From Catajapyx aquilonaris (taxonomy: Eukaryota), in the NCBI GenBank assembly GCA_000934665.2, contig KZ538455.1, forward strand, positions 1 to 64,000: 64,000 nucleotides of DNA. Direction: 5' to 3'. The notes beneath the pieces were generated by a model. That model ran no database searches. It saw only the letters and a program-made list of their open reading frames with translations, and was not told the DNA's origin. This document shows, piece after piece, positions 35,427 through 51,699 of the stretch. Made by a program: the position numbers and the translations under genes. The stretch's first letter is position 1, and each line of letters starts with the position of its first letter.

Positions 35427-38400
35427 GTAAGTGCATCCTTATAATATCTAGTTAGGAAAGAGTCCCGAGAAAACCCTCACGCCAGCACAATTCATCCGCT
35501 GTGAAAATTCGAGTGATAGTTGCTGATTGGGATGCAGTATTTGCGTTTAATTAGGCTCACTAAAGCGGACAGGAGGAAAGTAGTGGCCATTAAACTATTA
35601 TGGGCGGAGTTGTGTGCCATTAGCCGAAAGGAAAACAAAGTGTGGGCTGCTTCAAAGAGGCGGGATAAGAGCGATACTTTGTTGTTGTGATTTTTCCAGT
35701 TGTAGAGGTAATGCAACAATGGCACCCAAACTATTACCCAACCGTAAGAAGAGCAACAATGGCCCGGTTCTTATCAGCAACGGACACTCACCAATCCTGA
35801 ACAATACCCCCCCAAAAAAGCTGGGAATGTCACACTGCCTATTAGGTCCAATTGTCACCCCCCACTAAAAAAAGATGCAAATGAAGCAGCCCACGCTGCG
35901 GATGGTTAGAAAATTTAAACCAATTAACATCGATTCCGACCCCAGCAAAAATTAGGCAACTGTCGCGACATCTTTTTATTGTTATATGGTAAGTATCGTA
36001 TGAAAATCGGGTGGTTCAAAACACCATAAAAATTTGAACCTATGTTCGGTCTCGAAATTGGCACAATTTTCAATCGATTGTTCCAGATTATTTTTTGTGG
36101 ACATTCCGATGTGATTCATATCGGTAACAATGCAGTCATTATGGGGTATGTATATAAGAGGCCCAGGCCTCCGGTTTATGAATACTCGGCAGGCGTTTAT
36201 TTAAGCATTCAGGCTGCGTTTATGGACATTTATTGCAAGGGCCCCCCCGGAAGAGAGTCTGGGGAAGTTTTTATTGGGAAATCAGATTTAAATGATGAGG
36301 TTATGAACAGGGAAAACGCCTGCATAATGAACGCAATGAAAAATCTTGTGCAGTTGACAATCAACGCGGATCGTGTAGGGACATCCAAGCAATGCAAAAA
36401 TATTTCTGCAGATGGTGCTGGCGGATGAGAAGTTTATTTTTTTTGCCATGGACTTTAAAAAAAGGGGGGTATTGCCGCATAATTAATTAGGCATCGATTT
36501 ACTTCGTCTCCGTACTACCCAGTGCTCTTTGTGCCGCCTGTGTGTGTAATTCGCCAAAAGGGGGATATATACAGACAGGGGGGGGGGGGGNTTTGCGACA
36601 TTCGTAGCTTGCAATTGCGCGGGTTTGATTGATTTTGGGGGCATGGCGAAAAAACAAGTCCTTTTCAGTAAATTAAAACTTGTCTGCCTCGGGTTTGTAG
36701 AGAACCAGTCCGGTGTATAATTTTATGCGGGCCCACACACACATATCGGTTGTCAATATTTGATCGTTTTCTGGGGCTTCAACCCCCCCGAACTTGTTTA
36801 TCTGACATACTCTATACCCTCGGAATTAATTTCTCGTAAACACCACGGGTCAGGGCAAGTACCGACAATTTTTATGCGAAATTTTAAATATGGCACACAG
36901 TTAATTGTTCAAGTGAGCAAGTGGCATGAAAGGTCGGTTCGGTTCGATGACACTGGCCTTCCTGCATGGAGATTCTCAGACTCAACGAGGCTAACAAAAA
37001 CAAACAAATCTTATCAAGGAAGTAGATCTCACCTGCAAAAAAAAATGGCAGCGAGTTCAGTGCATTCACTGTATATTATTAGAAAAAATTTGCAAATTTT
37101 TTGACTTTTAAGAAAAGTAGAGCGGACAACTAATACATTCGGCAGACATATTAGTTTAAAATGAGCTGCTTAAAAATAAGCTGATGCCAAAAATTAACTT
37201 AATATACATTGGTTCGATATTGCCAATATTTTTGTTTGCGAAATATGGGTATGCCACAAATTTACATCGGTACAAGCAACAGTTGCGATCACTTCCGTTA
37301 CAAACTGTGTGCAGTTTCTTACTATTTCAACATGACAATGAAGTGTTTTCGTACAAGAGCCATGATTTTGGTGCTATTTATGGATGGTTAGTGATGCGAA
37401 TAAAAGGAAGCGCGTCCCGCCAGATGGGGCGTTTAAACACCGTTTTGCCAGGATCAATTTCAGGCCGCATGGGCGTGAAAAACGCACGCAACTGGCAGCC
37501 TGAAATTATAACCTGGGCACTGCAGATTACAATGCTCATTAAGTGTAATAGGTTTGCCTTTTGCGATAAAATGACACACGATCATATATGATGTGTATAC
37601 CCACAAGAGAATGGTACGGCCAGGAAAAAAAGTAACACAACTAATCCTGGAGTATGCCAAAACCGGAAGTGACTGTAAGGACACAAAGAGGGAAGAAGTG
37701 ATGGATGGGACACAGTTTGGGGTCTGTAGCAGGGAGTCCTCTTTGTCAGCTTGACCGGAAGATACTACTGGACGAACTTTTTCTAAAGTCCGTCGGTGCG
37801 AAACCGAAAGAAGAGACCAAACATAACAACTCCCCCTAGAATTCTCCATGGGAATGGAACAAAAAGGACGACAGGACTTCACGCTTTGGGGAGGAAGGAG
37901 AAAAAAAGAGAGTAAAATTCAATAGGAATGGCCGCTTTAGAATTTTAACTTAGCTCTCTGTACACCTTTCTGAGAAAAGAGAATGCTCATGGAATTTTTA
38001 AGAGATGGGAAATAACGTGCAATTTGAGTCGGTTTAGCTGGAAATTTTTGGGCGGTTTGGCTATGGGTTGAATGTAAATGCCATACCGCTGCGGGTGTCG
38101 CAATTTTAGGCTGTAATATTGTAAGCCTCGGACTTGTACCTGGAGGCTCATTTACCTTCTCTATGTACTGCCTGGGTGGTTTCAGAAGGTAAATTATTTA
38201 GAAGACACACAGTAATGCGCTACGCTGGTCGCTGGTGGTCATTTTATTATTTTAAAACAGTTCAATATCGAGTCGGAATTTAGACCCAAGACTGTAAATG
38301 CCATTTGTAAGTAATTAACACAATGTTGGCCTTCTCTACGTATAAGGCGATTCTGCGTCCAAATGTAAAACAGGAATTTAAAATTTATGACAATATTAGA

Positions 38401-41058
38401 ATTAAATGAATTTTTTTGCAGCATTTAAAAACCTTGTTGAGAACTAACAATGTTTTTTGGCCCACCCTGTGCCTGGGGAGTGACAAGTTTAAGCACTGCA
38501 AATGAACTGCATTAATCAATGGATTGCTTCATTACTCCCATACTGATTCTGAGGTAAACTGTATTCGACAGTATGAACTTATAGCCCGTGGGAACTGATT
38601 GAACTTTAATTGTCGCCCCATTTTTTGGGGGGTCGGGGGGGGGGGGCGGATATTTCTATAGATTTATTTGGAGAAGGTTTCAGGCGACAGAGAAGGTGAT
38701 CACTTAGCAGGTCCAACGTTGTGACTTTGAGAGCCTCTTTCTTGATCCTCCACTTTTGGGAAGCGATATAGCTTATATCGATCTCACCCTCCAGCACCTT
38801 TTTGGTGGGATATGCTTCAAAAATCCTCTGACACATACCCTTCCAAAAAATAAAAAAATGTGAAGTACACACTTGGCAACTGAAAATTGTGGCACCTATT
38901 TTTGAATTACCCCCCTAGGTCCAGCGTAATTTAGTCGAGTGTCTTAAGCTCTTAGCATTTTTATGTTCCCTCGTTCTTTTTCGAGGGGGGCCTTCCCACA
39001 GTTCCATGCGAGTTCTCACGGGGTTTAACAGTGGGAGCTTTAAATGAGAAGTTGGTCGGAAAAGACGTCTGCAATCCTTGCGTGTGCATCCGAGAGAGAA
39101 TTTCGCACAGGCTGGGGGTGGTTCCGCATGGCAAAACAGACGGAAAGAGAAGTGAGAGAGAGAGAGAATACCCTGTGTTTAATTTGGGATCTGCTAGACT
39201 TTCGATACCGAGACTCTACAATCTGATACTTCCGACAGACTGTAATTCGACGCTATACTTCAAGAGAAGAAGGGAGAGCTGTCAAGTTTGTGGAGCTCTC
39301 CATCTGATGGGAACATCTTGAGAGGAGTGTATAACTTGGGGTGTGTGTCATGAAAGAAGATGGAGTTGCAAACCTTTCTGTCAGTTTTTTTTGAGACCAT
39401 AAGTAAGCTGAGTGATCGAAAACATACTCTTGACAAAATATGCAAAAATTTCATTTCAGACCAAGACGGTTAGTGGTTCCTTCTTTACAAGGTAAATCGT
39501 TTTCATCCAGTTTGGGCAAACTTTTCCGGTATAGAGATCAGAGAAACAAAGTTTGCAGAGCTGATTTACTCCCACTAGAGTGATATTCTTCTAGCTCAAC
39601 TCCGGGGCTGATTTTTAGGAGATCAAAAACAAACTTCAGCCAAGAAGGGGTATAGAGAGTTTGTTCTATTTCCCTGCGGGAGTGAGTGCAAACTATTCCC
39701 AAAACGTTTCTCTATGTTTTAGTGCCATTTGTACTTTGAAACTTCCGTCATTGTAAAATCACTTCCCAGGATCGGTTTTGCCAGAGGACATTTTGCTAAC
39801 AATTGGCCCACATTATCCGACGTAACTGGAGCATGAAACCCACCACAAAATATTTCTAAATTCTCAACAATCCACACAGTCATAAGTGGACATGACATTG
39901 GTCACCCATAATTTAGACACAATAGGGCTAATTGGACTATTCATAATATTCGGGCTCGGTTAATTACATAGTGAGATTGAAGCTAATAGTAATATTGTTT
40001 GTCATTTGAATGACAGTACGTACTGAAATCAGTTCATTTCAAATTGGCCCCAAGCGTGTCCAATCACAGGGTCGCATTACCTTTGGGCCGGATAAAAAGA
40101 AATTCTACGAGCGACTTCCAGTAACGTGATTTGTAATGATTTTGTGACGAGCAACTTTCAGACGCTGCACTGGTTCGAAGACCCCCGAAACTTGACAAGT
40201 TACTGCAGGTTACGTGACCTTACACTCTAACAATCCGCATCCTTTCCATTAGTTGATTTGGGTTGGGTCAGCCCCTGCAGACATATTAAACAAATAGCTG
40301 CTACTTAAAAGAGCAGTTACAACAGTAGCAGCTACGCATGCAACGTTGCCATTTTCGAGTTATGGTGAGTAAAATGTGAGTAATTTCCTGCAGAATAGAG
40401 AGAGAGATGTTATATGCGAAGAAAATCATATTGAGCGAGCACATTTTGGTGGGGGGATGTGCAGCAGAAGGAACATGGAGTAGTGTTTCTCACGGGGATT
40501 TTGTGGAAGGGGGGGGGGGGGNATACTGAGATGAATGAAGCTTAGGGAGGTGCTGGCCAACCTTTACCTTTTTGCTGGATATTAGAAAGGTGGGGGTGTC
40601 CAAAATTTGCCGGAATTTTCTCCCTCAAAAAAATTATGATGTTGGACCACCCCTTGTTTGTTTCATTAGAGGCATTTTTCGTTAGCCATTTTTGCGCCTC
40701 ACGTCAGCTAACAGTATGATGAAGCCTGCCTCTTTACCTTCCCGATTTGCATGAGCTCTTTTCATCAGTTCATCACGCCTCCAACCCGGGCCCATAAATT
40801 GCAGGCCCTACTTTCTGTTACTCTTTTCCATTATGCCCTGGGATGAGCATTTCCATTAGCATCCGCCTGCTGAAGATTTTTGTGGTCGATGCCAAAGACA
40901 AAGGACATTGCTTTGTTGCACGGTTTTTTTCTCTCTCTTTCTCTCGCCTCTCATTTTTAGTGCCTGAAGCGCATAAAAGTGGGTTTTAAATCTGCGGAAT
41001 GTTCGCATTGTTAATGGGCCGCTCGGGATACATTTTTACTCAGCACCTTCAGGTGCTA

Positions 41059-41088
41059 CAGGGTGTGGCATGAAGTCGGACCACCCTG
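41059..41088. mobile_element. 30-bp remnant with mariner-like ends
   Basis: TA-CAGGGTG...CACCCTG-TA; same terminal motif as the 52361 element. Confidence 0.45.
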
Positions 41089-44000
41089 TAAGGACAGTCA
41101 TCATTCTGTCTGGAAGTTGTCAACACTTCATTTAGGGGTCACCCTGTATATACCCCCAAGTTGATTTGAAAGGCATCTAGAACATCCCCCCTTATACACC
41201 TCCCCATATAAAAGAGGGCGTTGCAGGATAATGCAGGCTAATGAGAGTCGAGGTCTCTCCGGAACTGCTCCCCACGTACAATATATATACACACACCCTT
41301 GGCTTGCAATACCATTAGAGCTGGTTCTTCACAAAGACTCTACTCTATATACCCCCCCTCCTCCAAATCCCACGTTAGATACTTAAGCTGATTAGTCCAA
41401 GTTGCATTAATGCAGAGGCCCTTTGGCAGGTGTAAGGGGGGGAGGGGTCGCTCAGGAGCTCTAAATCTAAGGCAAGAGGTGGTAGGGTATATTTTAAGAA
41501 AAAGAAAAAAAAAAGTTTCGAATCTATTGCCCTCTCAGGGTCTGGGAAAGTAGAGGTATGGCTGTATCGTAGCGTCTACCTACTTTTCTTATCCTCGGGT
41601 ATATCACACCCTCAGTTTTATTAGTGGCTACTGAATTGGCCCAATGTATATAGTAGGGAATTCCCCCCTCCCTTACACAGCAAGCGCTGATTTATGCTTA
41701 ACCCGCGGGATTGTGTGAAGATTAATCTCTCCCCAATCCGCTCTTAATCTTTAAAGGCGAGATAATGAGCGGCTCGGGTTGGAAATGGCGATATTTGCAC
41801 GGAAGTTGGGGTATCTGCAAAATAAATAAATATGGGATTTGCTGGGGTGTGATTAAGGGTTGGGTGTCATTGCACAAAATTAACAAGCAAACAGGGGATC
41901 TAAGTCAAATAAATATAGGGTAAAAAAAGATACAATACACGAAATTACAGAAATAAACGCAGTGTTAATCATTATGTAGTCATATATTCGCTTCTGGCAA
42001 TATGAAATTGCAAGAAATTGTTCAAAGGCGACTTGAGGAACTCAAAAATATTTTATCTGAAAATATTTGTCAAATATTTATCTGATAAAGATTTCAAAAA
42101 GATTTATCTGATATTACTTTTAAAAAAATTATATGATATTGCCTTTCAAAAAAAAAAAAAAGATTTACTTCTCAAAATAATTTCATCCAGATGTTACTTC
42201 ACAAAAAAATTTACCTAATTTTATTCGTAAAAAATTCGCATTATGCTTAGTAAGCCATCCATATTTTATTTATAACGAAAGAAACTAATAAGCCGAGAGT
42301 GTATTCAAACGAGTTCTAGCATCAGCATAATTTTTTATGCTAATACACGATAAATCCTAGACCCGGGTTTTTGCGGTGTATATGCATGAAGGGCTTGCAT
42401 ATCCCAGAGCAGCTATTAAAATTCCATTAACCTACCCGCTAAAAATAGCTACACACATGCGGCTAATGGACCAACCACCAATACTCTTCCTAAAAAAAAT
42501 TTTTTTTGGCTCCAACAAACTTTTGGACCACCTCTAGCATGATACAGTACCTGGTATGAAAACATCACCATGCACCGACACCGAAGGCATGTTGATAAAA
42601 AAGTAAACTGTACAGTCATATATGGTGCATAGAGACCCACATGTGAATGTATAAATATATAAAATTATCTGTGCCTCTGTATGTCCATGGTGAGTTAGAT
42701 ACATACTGATTAACCTTTACCAGGGAAAAGGGTCCATGACCTAATGGAGAAGTGACCATCAGCTTTTTCATATCCGCCAGGCAATTATTTCCTCTTTCTT
42801 TCCACGGGAATAAAAAGATAGAGATAAAAAGAAAATAGACTCTTGCGAGAGAATTGGAAATGAAATTGGGAATCGGCCACACTGCCTTTTTTAGAGAGGT
42901 TTTCCTCTCATAACAGGTCCTGCTCCTGCTTTTCTAGGCTTCCCAAGATATATAGGAGACAGCAGTATAAACGAGTGTTGGTTGCAAATGGCAACGGTGT
43001 CAAGACGCAATTATTGGAGCCGTTCGCTCCCAAAATCCCAGCTCTCTCTCTATATATATAGAGAAGTGCGAAAATTGGAACCTCCTGACAGAACTCGGGA
43101 TGTGATTTATGCCCTGATGAGTTACCGGTTTTTGCACGGTTGGTCAGAATGGCAAACGAACATTGCAAACTTTTTCCGCGAACTTCAGACATTTTTTTTT
43201 GGGAGACTGATCCTACTAATCAAGCTGTCTAATGACGGGCGCATTATTTCAAGTAGATTCGAATGGTAATAGTTCGGAAGAAGAAAAAAAAAAAAAAAAT
43301 AGGGGGATGAGCGACGTATGACGAGGGCGTGTAGGTAATGATGACATTACAATGATCGCTTTTTTTTCCTCTCTGGTAAATTGAGATCGATCGGTGGGAA
43401 ATAACCAAACCACGACCTGTGTCTTGGCATCGAGCCCAGTTCTTTTCGATTCGTGGTCAATAAAGGCTGATGCACCGCACAGATAAATATTTCGTACGTG
43501 TTGTTTACTTGCTATTAGTCCTGTTTTTCGGACTTGGACATGACATATAAGGCTTGCAGCTATCTGTAGGTTGTGTACCGGTTTAAGCAGGTGAATTGAA
43601 TTAGAAGTGGCGTGCATTCAGTCACCTGCTGGGTATTGAATAATATTTTATTGCGCCAAATACTGCATGATAAGTGTTTATTGGTGGTTATTAAGGAAAG
43701 ATGTCACGCACACTATTACAAGTGTATGAATAACAGTTTGTTTCTGACAAGTAAACCGCTGAACACACAAAGGCAGACTTTCCCCCTCTCCCTATGTAAC
43801 ATCTGTCACGCCAACCCTAACCCTTCCATGCATGACATCTCTCTTATCAGGGGTCAACCACATCTCCAAAATTCTCACCCAACACTTACCAAGTGCTGGA
43901 CACTTTGCAATAAAAATACCCCGGCTGTAATTGGCCAACTCCTACAAAATCCAAGCATGCATGAAAATCCGGACATCTTTCGGATGCGAGTTGCGAAACG

Positions 44001-47000
44001 GATCCTTTCCCTTCCCTTTGTAGCAGTGCATCCAAGTATGTGGGACTGGTTATCTCCTCGACATGGAGATGCCAAGAAGGGTCTCGCCATCTCCTTAGAG
44101 CCCGTATTTCCGCTCGAACGGTTTTATCCTGAAACCCAAATGGACGTATCGCAGGTGGCGCAAGAAATTAGTGCAACTCAGCCGAGACTTCTAGGCCCTG
44201 CTGGCCCCGAGGAAATGGGGAAGGGGGGATCTACGGAACCCTAGAGTTGTTCCTCCTGCATTTCTATCAGGATTTGCTTCCAGACCACCTTCCAGAGTAC
44301 AAACACGTCCGGTTTAATTGGCCAACAAGCATACAGATGGCACCACCTGAGCTCATTCAGTGAAAAGTCGCAGGGTTGGAAATACAACAATCATGGACAA
44401 ACAAATAGAGAGATTAATCGTACGAATGGAGCAAGGTGTAAACTAGGTTAGCAACTTAATTACATTCACACATATGATGCGAGCTAACACCATTTGAGCA
44501 AGCCTTGTGTGTAGACGAGCAAACCCACTCGCACTCGACTATTACACAGATGCTTGTTGTTGTATGGAAAGCTGGGAATGGGGAGGATGGAATGTCACCT
44601 AGTCCCAATGGACTAATAAGCCCCTCCCTTGCATATGTGTGACATTTGTTGCACAGAGGGGGATTAAATGTGGGGGGGATTTCCGGATGCCTCACCAGTC
44701 AGGTGCAAACTGCCACTGTATTTAGGACATTGTCCGATGGAGAAAAAAAATTGTCAGGTTTTGAAGTTTACAAAAACGTAGTAATTAGCGCGGACAATGC
44801 CTGAAGAGGTGACTATGAAACTGTGCATTTTTTTTGGGGGGGGACCGCCTTTTTTTTTGGGACCGGCCAAAAAAATCCGGTGTAGTCCGGATGAATAGTG
44901 CACCGCCCGGATACTTTCATCCCTGAATAATAGGCCAGCTGTCGAGCCGGTTATGCACGTAATGCCCTAACCCAAACATGTATGCTCACCTTATGAGACA
45001 CCCTGTGTGGACCATCAACAATGTGGCAGTGACATTGCTCAGATTTCCACTGGGCTGGAAATAAAATTCACACACACAAAAAAAGGTGTGGTTGGGTAGT
45101 GTTGAGGCGATTCTAGGAAGGAAATTGGCGCTGGGCAAAGGCATAATGGGGAGCCGGCCATTACATGCACTGGAAAACGTTTTATCTGTCGCGATACCAA
45201 AGCCCAAACGGGGGACTATCAACTCGGGTAGGGGCAATGCAAGAGGGGGAAAGAGAGGCTTAACGATTCTCAGCTCTAACCCCGTACCCACCCCCCTCCA
45301 ATTCGTACTTACACATACACAGTTTGGCCCAACCCCCCAGCTCCTAAAAAGGACAGTCCGCTGGACCCTGAATGGTACACATTCAGAGCAGTTGCTCAAA
45401 CGGCCATCTTGGATACGTGTGTCATGCTGATGATATGTTTTCACCAGAAGTCTGAGAGGAAGTTATTTCCATGGTAAGAAAAAAATCGTGTTTCACTTTT
45501 TCACGTACTATAGTAAGAAACAACTTACAAGTTGGACTAATAATTACAGTTGAAAATCAATCCTGAAAGAGATCCTGTCAGTGATTGGTTGTATTGATAA
45601 CTTCCGTCCACACTTCCTGTGAAATCTGACCACATAGAAGGATACTGCCCAACGTTGGGGTGTCTCCAAGGACTGTCCAATGTGACGTGCTTGTGGCGTC
45701 AACCTAAAAACCTGGGGTAATGGAAATGAGTCATAAAGCCATTTATTATTGAAAGAAACGGCTTTGCTGGCCGGGGCCACACGAGCCCCGCGGGTTGGGC
45801 CAAAAAAGCACGATTTTCTGTCGCTTAAATTCAGATCACTCAACGTTGGGTTGCGACACGAAACGGTTTTTATTCCTCACGTCACGTCACTAAAGCTTGT
45901 CTGGAATTCTCTCCGGAAGCCCACGTAAGTCAGGATAGAAGAGTAGGGGGCAGGGCTGGAGAGACTTTACCCTGCACACAAGGCCAAGAGACCTGACAAA
46001 AAGAGATGGACGGTAAAAAAAATAAGGGACATGTCCATTACTAGTGACGTGTTACGTGGCGACATGGAAATTACAGGCGGCTTGAAAATCAAGAGATGAC
46101 AAACAACAAACGTGGTCATGCGCAATGGGGGTTATGAGCCGTTCATAAAACTTGCCCAATTTTAGAATACGACCCTACAGGGAGTTACATCTGTGTTAAA
46201 TTTTTTTTTTTGAGAGAGGACGCGTAGTCATAACAAGCTCATATGTTAGAGAGCACTGTTATACCCTCTTTTTATGTTATTGGATGGACAAGCCTTGTAA
46301 ACAGTTGCGACAACAATGTGCCATGAACATAACGTGGTTTTGGAATTTGCATCCAGTTCGGGTTTAATTACCATCCGCTGGAACTGACTTGTCACCATTT
46401 TGACTCTAACAAGGTTTTTTTGGGGGTCTAAATTGTTTTAACTATCAATTCTAATTTATTTTATTATTGTACTACTAGTAGAGCACTCGTTGCCATATTT
46501 TGTCAACGGATTGTGAATTTTGTAGCTACTTATTATTATTTGCTGTTGGTGACTAATTCGCTGCTTTTAACCGCCATTAATTTCCCCCCCTTTCAAAATG
46601 GCGTCGGTGTGAATCACACTCCTGATTCCTTCGACCGAGGGAATATTTTCCAGAAGCTCCCTTTATGTGTCCCAAGTCCGGATGTCAGTCAGGACTAATA
46701 GGTGAGCCGGAGTTGGCCATAATTGGCGTCTGGCAGCACCCCGGTGAGGATGGTTGCTCATTTGACAAGAGTTGGCGGCCTGGATTTGTCAGCGCAACCC
46801 AGGCCTAACCTCTGGACTCCCCCGGACCCTTCCCTAATCAGGGGGACAGTAGCAGGACACAATGGAATGGACTGTGAGAGGGGAAGGGGGGGGGGGAGAA
46901 ACAGCCATCTGCTGCTTTTTGGGTGGGGTGTATAGGGGGCAGCCCAGGAGAGCAATCTGTTCCATTGAAAGTCTGACGCCCGAGCTAGGCCTATTCACGC

Positions 47001-50000
47001 CTGCGTGTCTGTGGGGTCGAGCAGGGGGGGGAAAGATATAGGGCATTGTTGCCATTAGTGGAGAAATGGCTTTGATGAAAGCTTCCTGGTCGCATTGGGA
47101 CCGATGGATTCTTATAAGGTGGGAGGGCTGGTCGAGAGTGAGGTTTCGAGCCATTGATAGTGGACTGTCAAAGGTGCCTGATGTCAACTGGACTCGGATA
47201 TTGGGGACCTTTTAGCCACGCCAAATTGAGCCCATATAGAGATGTCGTGACTACTTTTGGGACGATGTTGAGGAGTGGTCATATTTTCATTTATGAAGCT
47301 GAAGGACACAGGTAGGGGGGGGGGGGATTCAGCTGAAAGGATATTAATGGTTAGGCTAATATTATTAGGTTCAAAATTAATATCTGAAACGTGCTTTAAT
47401 TCTTGAATGACTATCAGTTTAACCTACTAAGGAACTAATATTTAAATATTTCTAAAAGTAACTGTTCAAATGTAACTGCGAAAAGTTGCTAACAAAAACT
47501 GATGGTTGGACACTGAATTTGGGAGTAACTGGAAAGCGATAAGCTTGTGGTGTTTTTCCACTGTATTTTTTAGTTAAATTATTATAATGAAAACAGGGGA
47601 TATTTATGCTGAATAGTGTAAATTTGCGTAACAGTGAATAGCCTGCATTGATAATACCACTGATTAGAGATGAATAGAATTGGTTATAAAGGCATTAAAG
47701 TTATCTGCTTCGAACAAAAGTGTATTACAGCCACCGCTATATTCACATTTAATCATCATATTAGTGTATACTTATGTCGAGTAATCATCCATCTGTTTTT
47801 AGAAATATTATTCGTGATAATAATTATTCTGGTTAACCTTTGCAGTCTGATGGCATCATGAAATTTTTATTCATTCATTTAGTTTTTAGCAAGATGTTAG
47901 GTTCGTACAGTTATACCATGTGTCACCAGAACGTAACCAAATTTAAGCTTACCTTTGATATTTACGGCACTTCATGAGTCAAATATGAGGAGACAGTCCT
48001 GTACGTTCCACATGATTCACGTAAATTAATCAGGATTGTAGGCGGACCTATTAGCAAGTTCACATTTGGCCTTTTACAGTGAATGAATCCTACTCATTTC
48101 AGTCACCGTACAGTCACTCCACAGCTAAAACCTTAATTGCTGCCATAACATGTAAGAATGGACTATGAAAAGCTAATCAAATTAAAACGTGAATTCCCGT
48201 GGAATTGTAAATATGTGAACAACGCTTGTATTATTATACCCTCGGATTTCCAGAGGTTAGAACCACATATTTGAGAAGAGAACCAAACGAGCGCCACAGG
48301 TGCGCCAATATTTGTATTGAAAAGAGCTTCATTTCAAAGCATTTACGCACTTAAAATTAGGTTAATAATTCAAAGCCCTGAGAGCACACAGGTTCACTCG
48401 AAAACCTGTAGTGTTTTGCATAATATGCGAAACGGCATTAACAGATGTCGTAATTAATTCGACTAATTAAATGAATCGAGACAACTTTGAGAAAATTGTT
48501 GTTAATTCATTACACAGATATGCGGCGAATGATATTACAATAAACATGTCAAGAAGACCACGTGTTTGTAGTACATGTGGTATATTTTTTCTCTCTAAAA
48601 CTTTAAACTGAAGGTAAATGAGCATAATAGTGTGTAAGCCATGCTATACTTCTGATTGATACGTTGAAAAGCAAAGCTATGCAATTGGAATTCAAAGTGC
48701 CTAAACCTGTTAGCGAAGAGAAGCCCGCTTCCTACATTCCTTTCTTTTGTCTTTGGATTGCAGTTGACCCCGGATTTTTTCCATCGAAGTAGGCTCCAAA
48801 ATCCTCCCGTTTTTTTTCTTTTGTTTGGAAACACCCTATATAGTGTCCATCCGGGTGTGGATTGGATTCGTCCAAAAACCACAATCCTCCAGAAGCCCTG
48901 TGGACCCGCGGTATTTCCTACGGGTTTTTCTCCCTAACATAGGGAAACAAGGTCCCAAGAAAGTCGATACTCATCTCCGGAATTTTCTTCTTTTTTGGGG
49001 GGGTGTGTGGGATGTGGGGGAGTGAAGAGGGGAGGGGGGGAACTTCTCTTTCCCCCTCCTCTCTTCTTCCGAGACTGATGCTGTCTCCGGAGCCACTCCG
49101 GAGGGTCTTCCGGAAACATGGGTTTGCGTAGCTTTATTCGGTGGCCCTTGTGTAGCATTCAAGATGGGTCTCCTGTGGGCAGGGGGTGAATAGGGGTGGG
49201 GGAAAGGGGGGGGGGCGAATGTAACGCGGGTTTCTGCGCAATAATCTGGGTTCTGTTGGATGTCAATCGATATGCTGAGGGAGACTTTTATCGAGTGGCT
49301 TTGTGGCGCCGACATTGTCATTCAATTTTTTTTGCAAAAAAACCGTAGTTAACTGTAAAGCCAATATATTTATTAAACATCCTGGAAGTAACACCTACAG
49401 TGGCACTTCACATTATCATGAAATTAAATAAATTGATAAATAAATTGTTAATAAATTGAATTAATAAATGAAATTTAATGAAAATGAATAAATTGACGAA
49501 TCAGTAATTAATTACGAAAATAAATAATGAAATAAATATCACGAGCACAATAAATTATCCTGTAATTGGCTCATGGAAACGTGTCAGGTTCTAAAAATAT
49601 ATAATTATAACTTATATATATATTTTTTGATTTGAACTTTGTGGACACCGCTTGCGTGTTGACCCAAGCTCATTTAGTGTGGAAAGGAGTCGTAACGACA
49701 CCGCATTTGGAATGGAGTAAAAAAAAAGAAGGTGGCTCCTAAATCTGATATCGTGAGCAACTTTTTTTGTTATGTGTCAGGGAGTTCGGGAGGTTCTGGT
49801 CCTGGGGATTTGTAATTATGCGTGTCATCTTTTTTGGAGAAAGATAGTGGGGGGGGCGACAAGTTTTATATAGGGTCCAAAAACCCGACTGTGAATCGCA
49901 TGCTGATGCCACGTACATTAAGTCACAAGTTGCGTAATAGCAGGCGCTAATATTTTCAGCCCGAAATGCTATAAAAACGTACGGGTATATGGGTACGGGG

Positions 50001-51699
50001 TATAACTCATTCCTTTTATGCCCGTTTCCCCTGACCATGTTTGGTATTGCTGTACTGGCTAGCAGGAATTTTATGGGCATGGCACATGCGACTCATGAAT
50101 GGGTGCATGTGTTGCTCGAATGGACGGGGGGTAAAAAAAAGAGTGTTAGATCAATACGTGTTAAGATGAAACAGGTCCACACACCACATTCCCCCGGGAA
50201 TAGAAATTTTTAGCCCCCCCCTCCCCCCACCACCGAAATTTTTAGGCTACATTTTTGGCACTGCTCGGTTGGCAACCCGGATTCCAAAATTGGGCTGGAG
50301 ATAGGCTCGGTTATTCGGGAGAATCCGGAGCTGTAACAGTGCTCTAACTGGGAAGGACTTTACTTGATGACCCCAGTGCAGCACCAGCCAGTGTGCGATA
50401 AAAAGCAACCAGCAACGTACGAAATGAGTGCTTATGAACAAGGAGTAATTGCATGGTCTGATGGAGAGAGAAAAAAAAGTTGATAAGACACATTTGCACC
50501 ACAGCTCAAGTTACGACTGGTTGGGTTTTTTTTTACAAATATTTTTGGCAAAAATTTTCACGTGAGAAAAATTACAAATTGCAAATTGGTTGTTGTCCAG
50601 CTTGGTTGCCTGATTATCAGTTTTGCTATATTGAAGCAACGGTCCTTAACTTGCAGATTAACCTCCAGTTAAATCTCGGCGTCACACCCTGACGTGTACT
50701 AATTGGCACCGGCTGCTTATCATGCACACATGTTGGGGAGACTCCGGATGCTTCCGAAAAACAAGCGTTTTGTCAAACCCCCTCCCGGACACCAAAGTCA
50801 ACATCCATCATTTTCTGTGCATAAACTTCACATCGATCTGTTGACATTACCTGATACTGTACGGTTCGTACAAAAAAAATGGCAAAAATGAACCTGTGCC
50901 ATATATCCACTCTATAAAAAAAAAACCAGTTATTCAATCGGTTTGACGCAAACTGAGTTTAAAAAAAAAGACTGGTGGCGCCTTTTCGGGTGGCGCCAAC
51001 TCTTAGGTCGCCAACTTGATACTTTTCCACCCCCGCCTACCCCTCCTCTAATCGGAGGCAGGGAGTGGGGAGGGGAGGGGGAGGGTAGAAAGCATCGATC
51101 TCCATCATATCACCCTCCTTTTGGTCCTCCTGAGACCATCTCGGCTATTACATTGGAACGAGGACGGGATCCAGCCCAAGTTTAATGGAAGCATCCATCT
51201 TCCAAAAGCTGTGAAATGGTGGGCGTTGGCCATTTTCGGATGGAAAAAAAAGAACCTTTTTCCTACTACTCTCCTTCTTTTTTTTCTTTTTTGGAAGCTC
51301 AGACTCGTGATGTAAGTCGGGCTCAGATTTTTTTTTAGAGGAGGAGGAGGGTTTTCACTCTGTCGCTTCGTGGTCTTGCTGTTAAATAGGGGTCAAACTG
51401 CAGTGTAAAGCCGGCGGATTGGCTGGAGGCAAGTGCTTTATTGTTGCAATGATGCGGGCTCCCGATTGTTCATCTCTTAATCACCACTCTGGGGGGTCAA
51501 TTCCGGTTATGTCTGTCTGGAAACGTGGATATATGTATACCTTTTAATGGCAATTTGGCCAATTTCGCTCAGAAATATTATTTTTATGTATGCATGTACA
51601 GTACTATAATGTTATATTATCCTTAATTGATTATTTATTTATGTAATTTATTTATACGTTAACTAATCTGATCTTTTGTGTCCTTTAATTATTTGAATT